From Mizuhopecten yessoensis (taxonomy: Eukaryota), in contig NW_018404023.1 of the NCBI RefSeq assembly GCF_002113885.1, positions 97,113 to 161,112 on the forward strand: a stretch of 64,000 nt of DNA. Reading direction: 5' to 3'. How positions within the stretch are numbered: position 1 is the first letter of the stretch; each line of letters opens with the position of its first letter. Below are positions 1 through 12,612 of this stretch, in pieces. Made by a program: the position numbers and the translations under genes. Under the pieces are notes generated by a model. That model had not been told where the DNA came from and did no database searches. It saw nothing but the letters and a program-made list of their open reading frames with translations.

Positions 1-3000
1 AGATATCAAACATGTACTTTTAGACAACATACACGTACTTTTAGACAACACACCTGTACTTTTAGACAACAAACATGTACTTTTAGACAACAATCATGTA
101 CTTTTAGACAATACACCTGAACTTTTAGACGACACACCTGAACTTTTAAACAACACTACTGTACTTTTAGACATTATACTTTTACTTTTAGACAGCACAC
201 CTTTACGTTTAGACAACACACATGTATTTTCAAACAACACACCTGTACTTTAAGACAACAAACATGTACTTTTAGAAAACGTACATGTACTTTTAGACAA
301 TACACCTTTTTTTAGATAACATACCTGTATTTTTAGACAACACACCTGTACTTTAAGACAACATACATGTACTTTGAGACAACCCATCTGTACTTTTAGA
401 CAACACATCTGTACTTTTAGACGACATATTTGTACATTTAGACAACAAACATGTACTTTTAGACAACATACATGTACTTTTAGACAATACACCTGTACTT
501 TTAGACAACACACCTGAACTTTTAAACAACACTACTGTACTTTTAGACATTACACTTTTACTTTTAGACAGCACACCTTTACGTTTACACAACACACCTG
601 TATTTTCAAACAACACACCTGTACTTTTAGACAACAAACATGTACTTTTAGACAACTTACATGTACTTTTAGACAACATACATGTACTTTGAGACAACAC
701 ATCAGTACTTTTAGACAACACATCTGTACTTTTAGACGATACATTTGTACATTTAGACAACAAACATGTACTTTTAGACAACATACATGTACTTTTAGAC
801 AACACACCTGTACTTTTAGACAACACACCTGTACTTTTAGACAACATACATGTCCTTTAGACATCAAACATGTACTTTTAGACAACATACATGTACTTTT
901 AGACAACACACCTGTACTTTTAGACAACACACCTGTACTTTTAGACAACATACATGTCCTTTAGACATCAAACATGTACTTTTAGACAACATACATGTAC
1001 TTTTAGACAACATACACGTACTTTTAGACAACATACATGTCCTTTAGACATCAAACATGTACTTTTAGACAACATACATGTACTTTTAGACAACATACAC
1101 GTACTTTTAGACAACATACATGTCCTTTAGACATCAAACATGTACTTTTAGACAACATACATGTACTTTTAGACAACATACACGTACTTTTAGACAACAT
1201 ACATGTCCTTTAGACATCAAACATGTACTTTTAGACAACATACATGTACTTTTAGACAACATACACGTACTTTTAGACAACATACATGTCCTTTAGACAT
1301 CAAACATGTACTTTTAGACAACATACATGTACTTTTAGACAACATACACGTACTTTTAGACAACATACATGTCCTTTAGACATCAAACATGTACTTTTAG
1401 ACAACATACATGTACTTTTAGACAACATACACGTACTTTTAGACAACACACCTGAACTTTTAGACAACACACCTGAACTTTTAAACAACACTACTGTACT
1501 TTTAGACATTACACTTTTACTTTTAGACAGCACACCTTTACGTTTAGACAACACACCTGTATTTTCAAACAACACACCTGTACTTTAAGACAACAAACAT
1601 GTACTTTTAGAAAACGTACATGTACTTTTAGACAATACACCTTTTTTAGATAACATACCTGTATTTTTAGACAACACACCTGTACTTTAAGACAACATAC
1701 ATGTACTTTGAGACAACACATCTGTACTTTTAGACAACACATCTGTACTTTTAGACGACATATTTGTACATTTAGACAACAAACATGTACTTTTAGACAA
1801 CATACATGTACTTTTAGACAATACACCTGTACTTTTAGACAACACACCTGTACTTTTAGACAACATACATGTACTTTAGACATCAAACATGTACTTTTAG
1901 ACAACATACATGTACTTTTAGACAACATACACGTACTTTTAGACAACACACATGTACTTTAGACATCAAACATGTACTTTTAGACAACATACATGTACTT
2001 TTAGACAACATACACGTACTTTTAGACAACACACCTGTACTTTTAGACAACATACATGTACTTTTAGACAACACACCTGTACTTTTAGACAACACACCTG
2101 TACTTTTAGACAACATACATGTCCTTTAGACATCAAACATGTACTTTTAGACAACATACATGTACTTTTAGACAACATACACGTACTTTTAGACAACACA
2201 CCTGTACTTTTAGACAACATACATGTACTTTTAGACAACACACCTGTACTTTTAGACAACACACCTGTACTTTTAGACAACATACATGTCCTTTAGACAT
2301 CAAACATGTACTTTTAGACAACATACATGTACTTTTAGACAACATACACGTACTTTTAGACAACACACCTGTACTTTTAGACAACATACATGTACTTTTA
2401 GACAACACACCTGTACTTTTAGACAACACACCTGTACTTTTAGACAACATACATGTCCTTTAGACATCAAACATGTACTTTTAGACAACATACATGTACT
2501 TTTAGACAACATACACGTACTTTTAGACAACACACCTGTACTTTTAGACAACATACCTGTACTTTTAGACAACACACCTGTACTTTCAGACAACATACAT
2601 GTACTTTTAGACAACACACCTGTACTTTTAGACAACAAACACGTACTTTTAGACAACAAACATGTACTTTTAGACAACATACATGTACTTTTAGACAACA
2701 TACACGTACTTTTAGACAACACACCTGTACTTTTAGACAACATACACGTACTTTTAGACAACACACCTGTACTTTCAGACAACATACATGTACTTTTAGA
2801 CAACACACCTGTACTTTTAGACAACACACCTGTACTTTTAAACGACAAACATGTACTTTTAGACAACAAACATGTACTTTTAGACAACACACCTGTACTT
2901 TTAGACGACATACCTGAACTTTTAAACAACACTACTGTACTTTTAGACATTACACTTTTACTTTTAGACAGCACACCTTTACGTTTCGACAACACACCTG

Positions 3001-3110
3001 TATTTTCAAACAACACACCTGTACTTTAAGACAACAAACATGTACTTTTAGACAACTTATATGTACTTTTGGACAATGCATCTTTTTTAGATAACATACC
3101 TGTACTTTTC
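1..3110. repeat. 21-bp satellite (consensus about TAGACAACAYACMTGTACTTT), roughly 145 copies, truncated by the window start; intronic
   Basis: Direct tandem periodicity of 21 nt, with higher-order units of 83 nt (about 958-1440) and 167 nt (about 1950-2620). The unit matches the donor junction of the exon at 3100-3190. Confidence 0.97.
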
Positions 3111-3190
3111 TTCCATCTCTTCCTGTGTGATGAGCATGTCGTATTCTACCTTAAAGACACCTGGCCCAACGTCAGAGCTAAAGCTTATGC
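3100..3190 (-). CDS. Coding exon 3 of secreted putative astacin-like metalloprotease precursor: (S)ISFSSDVGPGVFKVEYDMLITQEEMEEKY
   Basis: Acceptor ttttcattttAG|GC at 3192-3191 and donor TACAG|GTATGT at 3099. The 91-nt exon is open and takes phase 1 from the previous exon. EYDMLITQEE resembles the astacin Asp-switch motif. Confidence 0.8.
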
Positions 3191-3659
3191 CTAAAATGAA
3201 AAAAAACACCGTCACCTATAAGTACAATCTTACTTCAAGAAATGTAACGGACATTTTAAAGTCCATGTCTTCTATGAGGTATTTAGACTTGGTGTTAAAA
3301 CAGAATACTTTATCATATCCTTTTTATGATTGTCTCTTGGATTTGATCTTTACCTATTACTCACTCATTGGTGTTTGGCTTGAATTTGGTGAAATCAGCA
3401 GAATTTCATTAGTCACATTATTTCAGTTTGGTGCTCTCGCCCTGGCTCTTTATCGGATAAGAAATAATGTGTATTCTGTTTACTTTTCGTGATTTTTTTT
3501 ATCAATTTCAATATTCATTTGATATATTATTTTTAGACGACCCAGCAAGAGTTACAAAATAGGTTATGACTTTTACATTTGTTGTTGAATTCAAAATGCA
3601 ACAGGTTAATAAGTGGTTATCACTACCTTAGGAGGTATAAGTAATGGTGAGGATCCCAA

Positions 3660-4618
3660 TACATACCTAACATTAGTGAAGGTATATGATATAGACAGGA
3701 TATACATATTTATGTCTATATTTAATGTTAGTATGGATATATATATATTATATACGAATGACTATATTAAGTTTAAGTAAGGACATACATTATCCACAAA
3801 TGTCAATACTTTACTTTTGTAAGGACACGCATCATACACAATGCCCATACATGTACCTTACTTTAGTAAGGGTTTATATTGTACATAAATGCCCATACTT
3901 TACTTTAGCATTTACAATATCCACAAATGCCCATAATGATACAGAACATGTACATAGTTAAAAGATGCCCATGTGTACGTTAAATTTGAATATATAATAT
4001 GTAACAGGTGCCCCTCCCCATATTAAAGTTTGACATGTTATATGCATTTTACTAAATATACAGGTTTTATACTTAACTTTAGTATGTATATAATACTTAG
4101 TTATTCATGATACAAAGATCCTATACGTACTTTTAATAAGAAAATGCACTATATACAGGATTTTCTACACTCCGAATTAAGTAAGGAATATGATATGTAC
4201 ATTAATGCACACAGTTAATACCTATAAATATATGAAGTATATACAATATAAACAGATGCATATACTGAATTTTAGTAGTGATATGAAAATTGACAAATGT
4301 AAACATTTTCATTTAATAAGAATATGCACTATAAATAACTTATATACTGAATTTTAGTAAGAATATATATGAAAAATATTCCAATGCAAACATTTACATT
4401 TAGTAAGAATATACACTATATATAACTTATATACCGAATTTTAGTAAGAATATATATGAAAAATATACCAATGCAAACATTTACATTTAGTAAGAATATA
4501 CACTTTATACAAGTTATATACTGAATTTTAGTAAGAATATATATGAAAAATATACCAATGCAAACATTTACATTTAGTACGAATATACACTTTATACAAG
4601 TTATACACTGAATTTTAG
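3660..4618. repeat. Degenerate ~43-bp tandem array ending in a homogenised 87-bp dimer repeat (about 4259-4618)
   Basis: tata(t/c)a(c)tgaattttag-like starts at 4341, 4428, 4515 and 4602 (period 87). Each unit contains tttagtaagaatata twice, and a related motif recurs degenerately from about 3660. Confidence 0.8.
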
Positions 4619-5453
4619 GATATACAAAAGCCCACATTTTTTTGCGTGTTAATGAGTGTATATAAAGCAATTATTAATTGTTATTTGGGATGAGTTGTTG
4701 CGTCGCTGGTATTAAGTTTAGCATATCACAAGAAGCGAGTAGAAATAAGTACACATTGTGTAAATGACAAATGTTATAAAGACTCATATACTGTCAACAC
4801 ACATATTGTACTGTGCATGCTGATATACTGTAAACACATTTATTTAAGAGCAAATACAATGCTTATTCCTCATATTATAGCGGATGAGGATATGTGCCCA
4901 TTTCTCCCTTAGAGGCAAGAACATTATGGATAATGAAGCTAATGAAACTTAAGTTGTACCAGAGTTAATTTACGGAATCATAGCGAAATTCTACAATATC
5001 AGAACCCCTACAACACGTGCGTTAACCTTATATTGTAGAAGAAGATAGCACTATGGCAGATGACAGTCGAACAGTTTACATTACAATTTTGTACGAATAT
5101 GTACTATGGTACAATTTAACGTGTTCAACTTTTTATCGTTTTTATAATCAAAATTGTACTATGACATTTTTCATTGAAGTACTACTTGAAAACAAAAATA
5201 ATCAAAAGTGCATGGTCGCAAAAGCTGATCAAAATGGTTATCACATAAAAGTTTACCATGGGATTATTTTGATTTTAATAGCGATATACCACGAACATAT
5301 GTACCGGGTACACTTTCGAAAACAGAAATTACTAAAAGTGTATCACATAACATGAACACTTTTGAACTAAAGAGTAATGCGAATATCCGTCTGTTATCTG
5401 TCACAATAACACAGAGACAAGAAAGACAAGAAAAGCGCAAGCAGAACACTCAC

Positions 5454-5508
5454 TTCTACCTGAATCAGCTGCCATGTCTTCAAACATCTCGTCAATGGAC
5501 TCCAGCGG
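5454..5508 (-). CDS. Coding exon 2 of secreted putative astacin-like precursor: PLESIDEMFEDMAADSGR
   Basis: Acceptor tttttgacAG|CCG at 5510-5509 and donor AGAA|GTGAGT at 5453. The 55-nt exon is phase 0 to phase 1, which matches both neighbours. Confidence 0.8.
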
Positions 5509-5602
5509 CTGTCAAAAATAAACAAAGCTATCATACATATGCATAATAGATAAATACATATAGCATATTAGTATACAATCAATCTGATTAGATCCCTATA
5601 TC

Positions 5603-5680
5603 TTGAACTACGCGCCGTTTCGTAAACTACACTCTGCTCCGTCAAGCAGAGAATAGTTTACGTAACGGCGCGTAAATCAA
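5603..5680. repeat. Near-perfect 78-bp inverted repeat/hairpin (possible tiny MITE)
   Basis: ttgaactacgcgccgtttcgtaaactacactctgct - 6-nt loop - agcagagaatagtttacgtaacggcgcgtaaatcaa. Confidence 0.8.
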
Positions 5681-7139
5681 ATTTGGGTTTAATGACATTA
5701 TTTTACCATTGATATCACAGGTGAGATAACAGACAAAATGTCATCGGGATAACTTGATAAAATATAGGACTGCACACATTGTAAGAGAATGTCGTTAATA
5801 GTATAGAAATATTTTAAAGGTGAAGGTTTATTGATAGTTTCGTATATAACTTTATATTTGTTATAATTCAGCGTTAATATCATTGGTACCGTATAAGATA
5901 AACTTTATTGAAAGTTTTTTATATAAACCTAGAGAGGAGGCCATAATAACACAGAGCCGTTGGCACGCTGTATAGCTAAAGTTACATTAAACGTTGACAT
6001 AGATGCATTTAATACTATAATAAGGAGTTGACAAAAAATATATATTTTATTCATATGAAACTTTGAATTATATTACATCAAATATACCGTTGATACCACA
6101 GATATGCTGTATTCGTTGTAAACATTGATCAACAACTAAACACATTGTTATAACATTTAATACACATATAATATATAATATCATAAACAGTCTGTATTCA
6201 TTTGCATTTTTATCTTGCTATTTATATTGTTATAATAAAACAAATATTCCACAGATATGCTGTATTCACAGGAAATTTTGACATATATATTTATATTTAT
6301 AACTACATACATTGTAAAACCATAGCTTTGATAATATGGCACAGTTTCTATAATTGATTTACCAATATCAAACTTCTACTACGCAAATACATATGTATAC
6401 ATATTTTAGCATAATATGTAATAATGAAAAATTGATATGGGCTACATCAAAAGGGTATTCATGACTTTGCTCAATGAGAACTGAAGGATATTGTAATATC
6501 AAACGATCTATGGGACAGCTGTTATAAGTATGTGTTACATCATTGTGACACGTGGACCTTTGATTGACAACCACGTGACAGTCAGTCACCTATTTCATCA
6601 GATCGAGTTAATACTAGACATGCTGTCACACTCTACATCACTTTATCACATACCTGTTGAATCTTGTTATAGTAATACAAGAAATTTTCAGACCATGAAA
6701 TACAACGTTCTGTATTGCACATGTGCAATACGGAATGTTGTATTTACCTGCTAGTCTGAACTACTTTTTATGAGAATCCCCTTGTCATGGCGAACTGAAA
6801 AGTTCCCGGTATTTGCCAAAAATATCAAAGTTTATAAAATCTTTGTTTCGATCACTACCAAATACGGAAGGTATGTGATAAAAGCAAGATCACACTTGCG
6901 TTTTTCTAACGAATCAGAAAGCACTCATTTATTGCGCGGACGTATATATTCACTCGTGCGCTCCGCACGTAAACTGTCAAATTATCCATATCAGTACACT
7001 AGAATTTTCATTAAGGATCCATGAAACACTGCCAAAAACTGTTATAATAATACATTAGAAACACCTGGTATGATTATAGCGCTGATAAATAATTTCTGAT
7101 AAGATAATCATACGTTTAGGAACCTTTATTTATGAAAAC

Positions 7140-7480
7140 TAAGATAACATAAACAAAAATATAATCCACAACATTGTACTAGGGGTAAAAATGCCTTGGG
7201 ACCAGAGCAGGATTCGTACACTAGACTCCAAACCATTCTACTGTCTCTCTAAGCAGTTGATTTAACTGTTAACCCTTTCACCCCTATGTAACCTTAGTAG
7301 ACTCTACCATGCATTGATATGGATGCGTCCATTATGGTCTACTGTCGTTAAAAGGTTAAACAGAAGTACTCTGTTCCAGTCGTGCCAAAGTTATATATAA
7401 AATCTAAATTTAAGGGGAGGCAACTGAATGTAAGAAAAACTGCATTGCATTCGCCTGCAGTGGGACAGGCATCCTCAATG
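7140..7480 (-). mobile_element. Interspersed repeat with internal tRNA-like module (copy 1), interrupted by a TTAA MITE
   Basis: Shares the cctccccttaa leader, degenerate A/B boxes (gtacgaatcc) and downstream tgttg(t/g)gatt with the copies at 31795 and 33800. Confidence 0.55.
7269..7359 (+). mobile_element. ~83-bp piggyBac-like MITE, subfamily A
   Basis: TTAA-CCCTTTCACCCC...aaaaGG-TTAA; near-identical to the copies at 37773, 38500-39046 and 57209. Confidence 0.8.
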
Positions 7481-7606
7481 GACTACATCGGTGATAACGT
7501 TAAACAATTATGACATGCACGAAGTAAAATGTGACTTAAAAGAAGAAACATATTTTCAATGTGTTTTCCAGACTATGATAGGCTAGTCTTTAAATGGCTG
7601 GCTTAC

Positions 7607-8464
7607 CATGCTATGAGGTGCATCCAATAAAGAATTCGAAGATATGATTCCATTGCTGGATGGAGCACCGACAGAATTCTTAACTGTATTGACTGCTGGT
7701 TCTGGTTCTACCATAGACAATTGGTTTTGTAACTGCTTCCGCAGCTGAAGCAGGAGTTGTTCTTGTTGTTGTCCCGTCTGTCGTTCAGCAGGTGCTGATG
7801 CTAACAGTGTTTGCTTCATCTGTTTTATCTCTCTGCCAAGACGGCTGGCGGTAGAACTGCCAATCTGCTTTTGTCCAACAAGACGCTGAAGAAACACAGA
7901 GTTTTGTGCAACCTCACTCGTTATTAGGTCTTTCGTATTGGGCATCACCATGAAGGACTGACCTGGTATACTGTTAACGTTCATTGCCACATTTGAGCGA
8001 CTCGAAGGAGTCGTCTGAATAACAGGCAGGTTGTTGGATGTGCCCATTTGGTTCTTTAAGATATCGTATATCTTCGACAGACTCGATGAATTTAGTCTCC
8101 TAAATGTCTGATACAAAGTACTTTGTGGACTTCTTATGGCATTTTTAATATTTACAGGACGAACTGAAATAGGGGAAAACGTCCGACGACGTGGCACAAC
8201 GTTGAAGAACTGGCGCGGATACGCACTGGATATTGCGGATACTGCAGCCGGCATTAGAGGAGTCACTGTCGGTAAAATTGGATTCATTGTGGTCAATGGA
8301 GGACCCATTGTAGGATTCATAAAAATGTTGTGAATGTGTTGGGGCACCAGTGTCGGCGAGTACACAGAATTATGTTGCATATAACAGTTCACACAAGGAA
8401 TACTGCTGATACATCCCAATAACACAAAGTACAACACATGGATCCATTGCTGTAAACAATCCAT
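7607..8464 (-). CDS. First coding exon of secreted protein (signal peptide plus P/Q/S/N-rich region), putative astacin-family precursor
   Basis: 286 open codons with a GCCATGG start context. An acceptor (ttttccttgCAG) lies 20 nt upstream, so the exon starts at 8484. The N-terminus WIHVLYFVLLGCISSIPCVNC is hydrophobic. An in-frame donor CATG|GTAAGC lies at 7606. Confidence 0.85.
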
Positions 8465-11034
8465 GGCTAACGTAGGTCGAAGAACTGCAAGGAAAACAAA
8501 ATATAGTTAGAATAAAAGTTAAGAGATGTGAACTATTTTATAGGCTCACAGTGCTTCAGCGAAATGAATTACACGCGAACAGATGCATCATCATTCATAG
8601 TCTCTCGGCTAAAGGCAGCCACGCGGTTAGAGTTATATGAGACTGCAATGTTTTGGTGATTTTTTGTTTTGCTTAACTTCCCATGTAACAGGTATATACG
8701 CCTACGAAGACATCATTTATTGGAATACTACGAAATCATACTTACGCAAATTCCAACTAAACTGATTCTTTAGATTTAATTGTAGGAATCGTTTAACTCT
8801 GACGCAAGTTCATACTAAGCTTGTCAGTTTTTGCGTAAAATTCTTCGAAACCATTCATATTCTTATGTTTTTTACGTTAACTTGATGTATCCGTCCTAGC
8901 TTGTTGGTTACTTTGATTATTTGATTGAAATGGTCATCACGACTACAGGCTGCAAAATTTTATTCATATTGTTATCTCCTATTTGTATTTATTTCCTTTT
9001 TAAAACAAACTATAATTTCCTTGAATGTTTCTGAATACTGTGAGATTTTACAGTCAGATTGATTTTTTTTGGGTTTGGTGCCAACTTATCCGTTTTAGAG
9101 AGTAAAGAATAAATATAATCTACACAGTCATGAAACATATGTATGAATACGGTGAAATAACAAGGAACCAATATGCAATCAAATGTACTACTGTGTACTC
9201 TACCTGTGTGTCAGACACCTCCAAGTATCCAGTATCCATTCATGTTAAGGTCTCGTGCCTGAATTCTACCAATACAACAATGAAAACAATATTTTTAAAA
9301 ATCGCACACCAGTAATTTCCTGACAATCCTATGACGTTCAATATTTGTGGCGATGTAGTCAACGTCCAAGAAAGATTATGTTTTATAACTTGAAATATAT
9401 GAAAATATCATCTTATTTCATGCAGTATATCATATAGAAGCGAGAGAAAAAATCAGTGTATATCCCAGAGATATTCTCCGTCATCACTTGTTAATATCCA
9501 AAACCTATAATGAATGAATGTAATACACAGTAGACTTCACACAATATGATGTCACATGTAAATCAACGAGGCAACATAATCACGCCCATCGACGTGACAT
9601 TTAATTAGATTCATATGCCATCGATATGTTAATTACCATCAAACAATACAGGCCATCGTTTTGATTGACAGTTACTAAATTTAGAAATAGGTCTCTTCCT
9701 TGTAGAAAACCAGTCTCACTCACATTGATAAGATGTCATCTTTGATAGAAATAAATCATAATTTCTGAATTTCCTCCCACATTAACTCTATCGTCATCTT
9801 TTCTTTGTATAGTTCTTTTCATCAGATACATAATAATTAGTTTCGTTTCAAAAACACTGACCGCGAAAACAAAGAGAAAGCAACATGAAAAGGAATATCA
9901 GGCAGATATCAAATACGCGCCAATCACATTTATTCTTTATACGCATGGTAAATGAAACAGAAAGATTTATAAATGTGACGTCAAAATTAGTAATCAAATC
10001 ATTATATAAATTTTGAAATATTAGTAACACAGCAGGTCAGCTCTAGGCTTCAGTGTAGAAACAATGTCCCCGTTTGCTACAGAGTCGTTATAAATTTATT
10101 TTTACATCCTACTATGCACCAAACCTTATTCATTTTCGTTAAATGTTAAATACATGTACATATATATATATATATATATATTTGTGTGAGTTAACCATTG
10201 TAACCAGATTTTAAAAACTAGTCTCCAATTTGTGGTTACAAAATCAGCGCAAATATATGCGCACACGATTTTTTTTATTGCAGTGACACGTGAATACATT
10301 AATTCGAGAAATTTAGATTCTTAAGACTCTTTACCTTTTTTGAAAGAAAGATAAGTGAACCTGCATCACCTTCGTTGGATTACTTGTTTACCTGAACAAG
10401 TCTGGCGCGATTACTGTAAAACTAAATATTGACCTGTATCATTTTAGCTTGATTACTGCAAAAAAAGGTAACTTGTACTACCATCTTGTAAGTAATATTA
10501 ATTAATTTACCTGTCTCGAGTGATTATAGTAATATGACTCACTAAATTTGCATGTGCAAATATAACGAGAAAATAATACCTGCATATTCATCACATAATG
10601 AAACCGCAACTATTTTCTATGACTCCAAAGTCTACCCGCTAATTATAGCATTACATGTATGTCAAATTCTTAAAAAGTTTCGTCGGAATCCAAAATTCTC
10701 AGTGAATACTGTATATGAATTACGTTTCGATTGATAATAATAATTGATTATGACGTAAAGAACCATACCCGATGAACGTAACGCACACAGAGGTGATTAT
10801 ACCTATACAATTTGGTAATAGATATAGTTTGCCAAAAATGAATAACATTGCATCATACCGCTGTTTCGTCCTTCTAGGACTCATCGGTGATGGTAAGGGC
10901 AAAAAAGGTAAAAAACCAAATTGATCTAACCTATTGTCGAAACAGAAGGGGAGGAATGTAAAAATTCCCTCAATGTTTATGAATTTCAAAACAAAATAGA
11001 AATAAAGGTCTATATTGGTAAAGTATATATGCGA

Positions 11035-11208
11035 AATGCAATACGTACAATGCTACTTATCACAATGCAATACGTACAATGCTACTTAGCACAATGCAAT
11101 ACGTACAATGTTACTTAGCACAATCCAATATGTACAATGCTACTTAGCACAATGCAATACGTACAATGCTACTTAGGACAATACAATACGTACAATGCTA
11201 CTAAGCAC
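11035..11208. repeat. 29-bp minisatellite, 6 copies
   Basis: aatgcaatacgtacaatgctacttagcac x6. Confidence 0.95.
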
Positions 11209-11214
11209 TGACAA

Positions 11215-11427
11215 TACTGTAAGCATATATATATTTAAGCGGTAGTCTTATTTATGTTATTTTCGCGCATTAAATTTTTCGCTAAATTATGAAATCGCTG
11301 ATAGAAGTTTCTATAATATTTCTTTATTGCGGATTTTGTTGGTGCAGCAATTCATCAATGCGTCTATCTCTTTAAACAAGATAATTAGCTTTAATTTTAG
11401 GGCTCTATTATCAGTACGTTTACAGTA
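11215..11427. mobile_element. Degenerate TA-flanked MITE
   Basis: Termini TACTGTAAA ... TTTACAGTA. Confidence 0.4.
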
Positions 11428-12423
11428 TTATTATTTCTGTTATTTTAACACAGTAAGCATTACGTCACTGATTTGATTTAATTATATTTTTTTCCATAAT
11501 TTTCTTCAAACGTATATAAATTGCCAATGTACACACAATGAGGCAGACATTCAATATATAATTGCATTGCTTGACGCCGACTTTTTGATTAAATGTTTAG
11601 CTCTCCATAGTTTAACAAGTGATTGTCGATATGTTTAACAGATTGATACAAAATATACCTGCAATGTTCGTAGAACAGTGTTTAAGTGAATAATAGAATA
11701 AAATTGCTATAGGACATAACCCTACTAATGCTCAATTGATTCAAGATACATGTAAGGTTTAACATAACAAGGTAAGTATAATGCATATTTGAATCATCGT
11801 TTGGAATATAAGTTGAAAGGTGGATGGACGACCTGAACAAAGTGCAACATTAACATAATCGACATCAGTTATTGTCAAATTGTATACACCAAAAACGTAT
11901 GAAAGGTTCAAAAGTATGTCACAATGTTGATCGATTATTTATAATTGATTGCCTACCTTGCGTGCGTCAGAGGAAATGTTGAGGAGACGGTAGATTTCCA
12001 GGAAGTCTTCCCCCATTCCGCATCTCTTGAAAAACAATCGAGCTGCGGTTTCTCAATCTCACTTCACGAGATGGGCGGGGCCAAGCTGTCAGTCATTTAA
12101 CGCTAGGGTCATCCTTTATATCGTAACACAATGGAGTTCTTTCTGTAAGGTTTCGTACTCTGTATTTATGAATCAAGAGGATTTATGAACACATGTCGTT
12201 TTTCATGTATTCTTGTTTCTATATGTTAAATTCGATTGCATGTCATTTGCTATTGTACAAAGCATTGTCAAGGTTCACAGGCAAATAAATTTTACCATAT
12301 ACTTCGGGGTTCTGTAAATTTTGTATCTGATTCGTCACACGGAACAACGTGTTCATGAGGCAGAAATCCAGTATGTAATTATAGTGTGCAACAACTGAAA
12401 TGTATAACACCATACAAAACGTA

Positions 12424-12612
12424 AAGTAAACCCTTGTTATAATGCCACCGTTTGTCAATAGAATGGTTGGCATTGTAAGGGGGTCTGGCGATAAATTTAG
12501 GGAAACGTACAAAGGAATTTTTAAGCAAAAAGGAAAAAGAGACCTTGACATATGTTGATGGTAAGCGAGGTGGCAAATGAAACGAAGGGCATTATATCAA
12601 GGTTTTACTGTA
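12424..12612 (-). mobile_element. Tc1/mariner-pogo(Tigger)-like MITE, ~185 bp
   Basis: TIRs aagtaaacccttgttataatgcc / ggcattatatcaaggttttactg; homologous to the copies at 38233 and 38437. Confidence 0.65.

Noticed and set aside
250-3029. Many ORFs with 7-aa repeats (CCLKVQV, LSKSTGV, TFRQHTC, VLLDN)
   Set aside because: These are translations of the 21-bp satellite in its stop-free frames; they are broken by 20-nt monomers and show no gene structure.
1-3110. CRISPR-like array (also considered for 11035-11208, 38481-39088 and 46204-46448)
   Set aside because: There are no unique spacers and no cas genes, and the context is eukaryotic.
3127-3492. 121-aa plus-strand ORF
   Set aside because: It has a GTG start and no recognisable motif, and it overlaps the better-supported minus-strand exon at 3100-3190.
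7583-7606. Last 7 codons and stop of the 293-aa ORF as the true C-terminus
   Set aside because: A strong in-frame donor at 7606 and two phase-matched downstream exons indicate that this stretch is intron.
9200-12125. Candidate 5' UTR exons/promoters for the secreted-protein gene (TATA-like at about 9385 and about 12118, donors at about 9203 and about 11956)
   Set aside because: An upstream exon is implied by the acceptor at 8486-8485, but the candidates cannot be told apart without transcripts.
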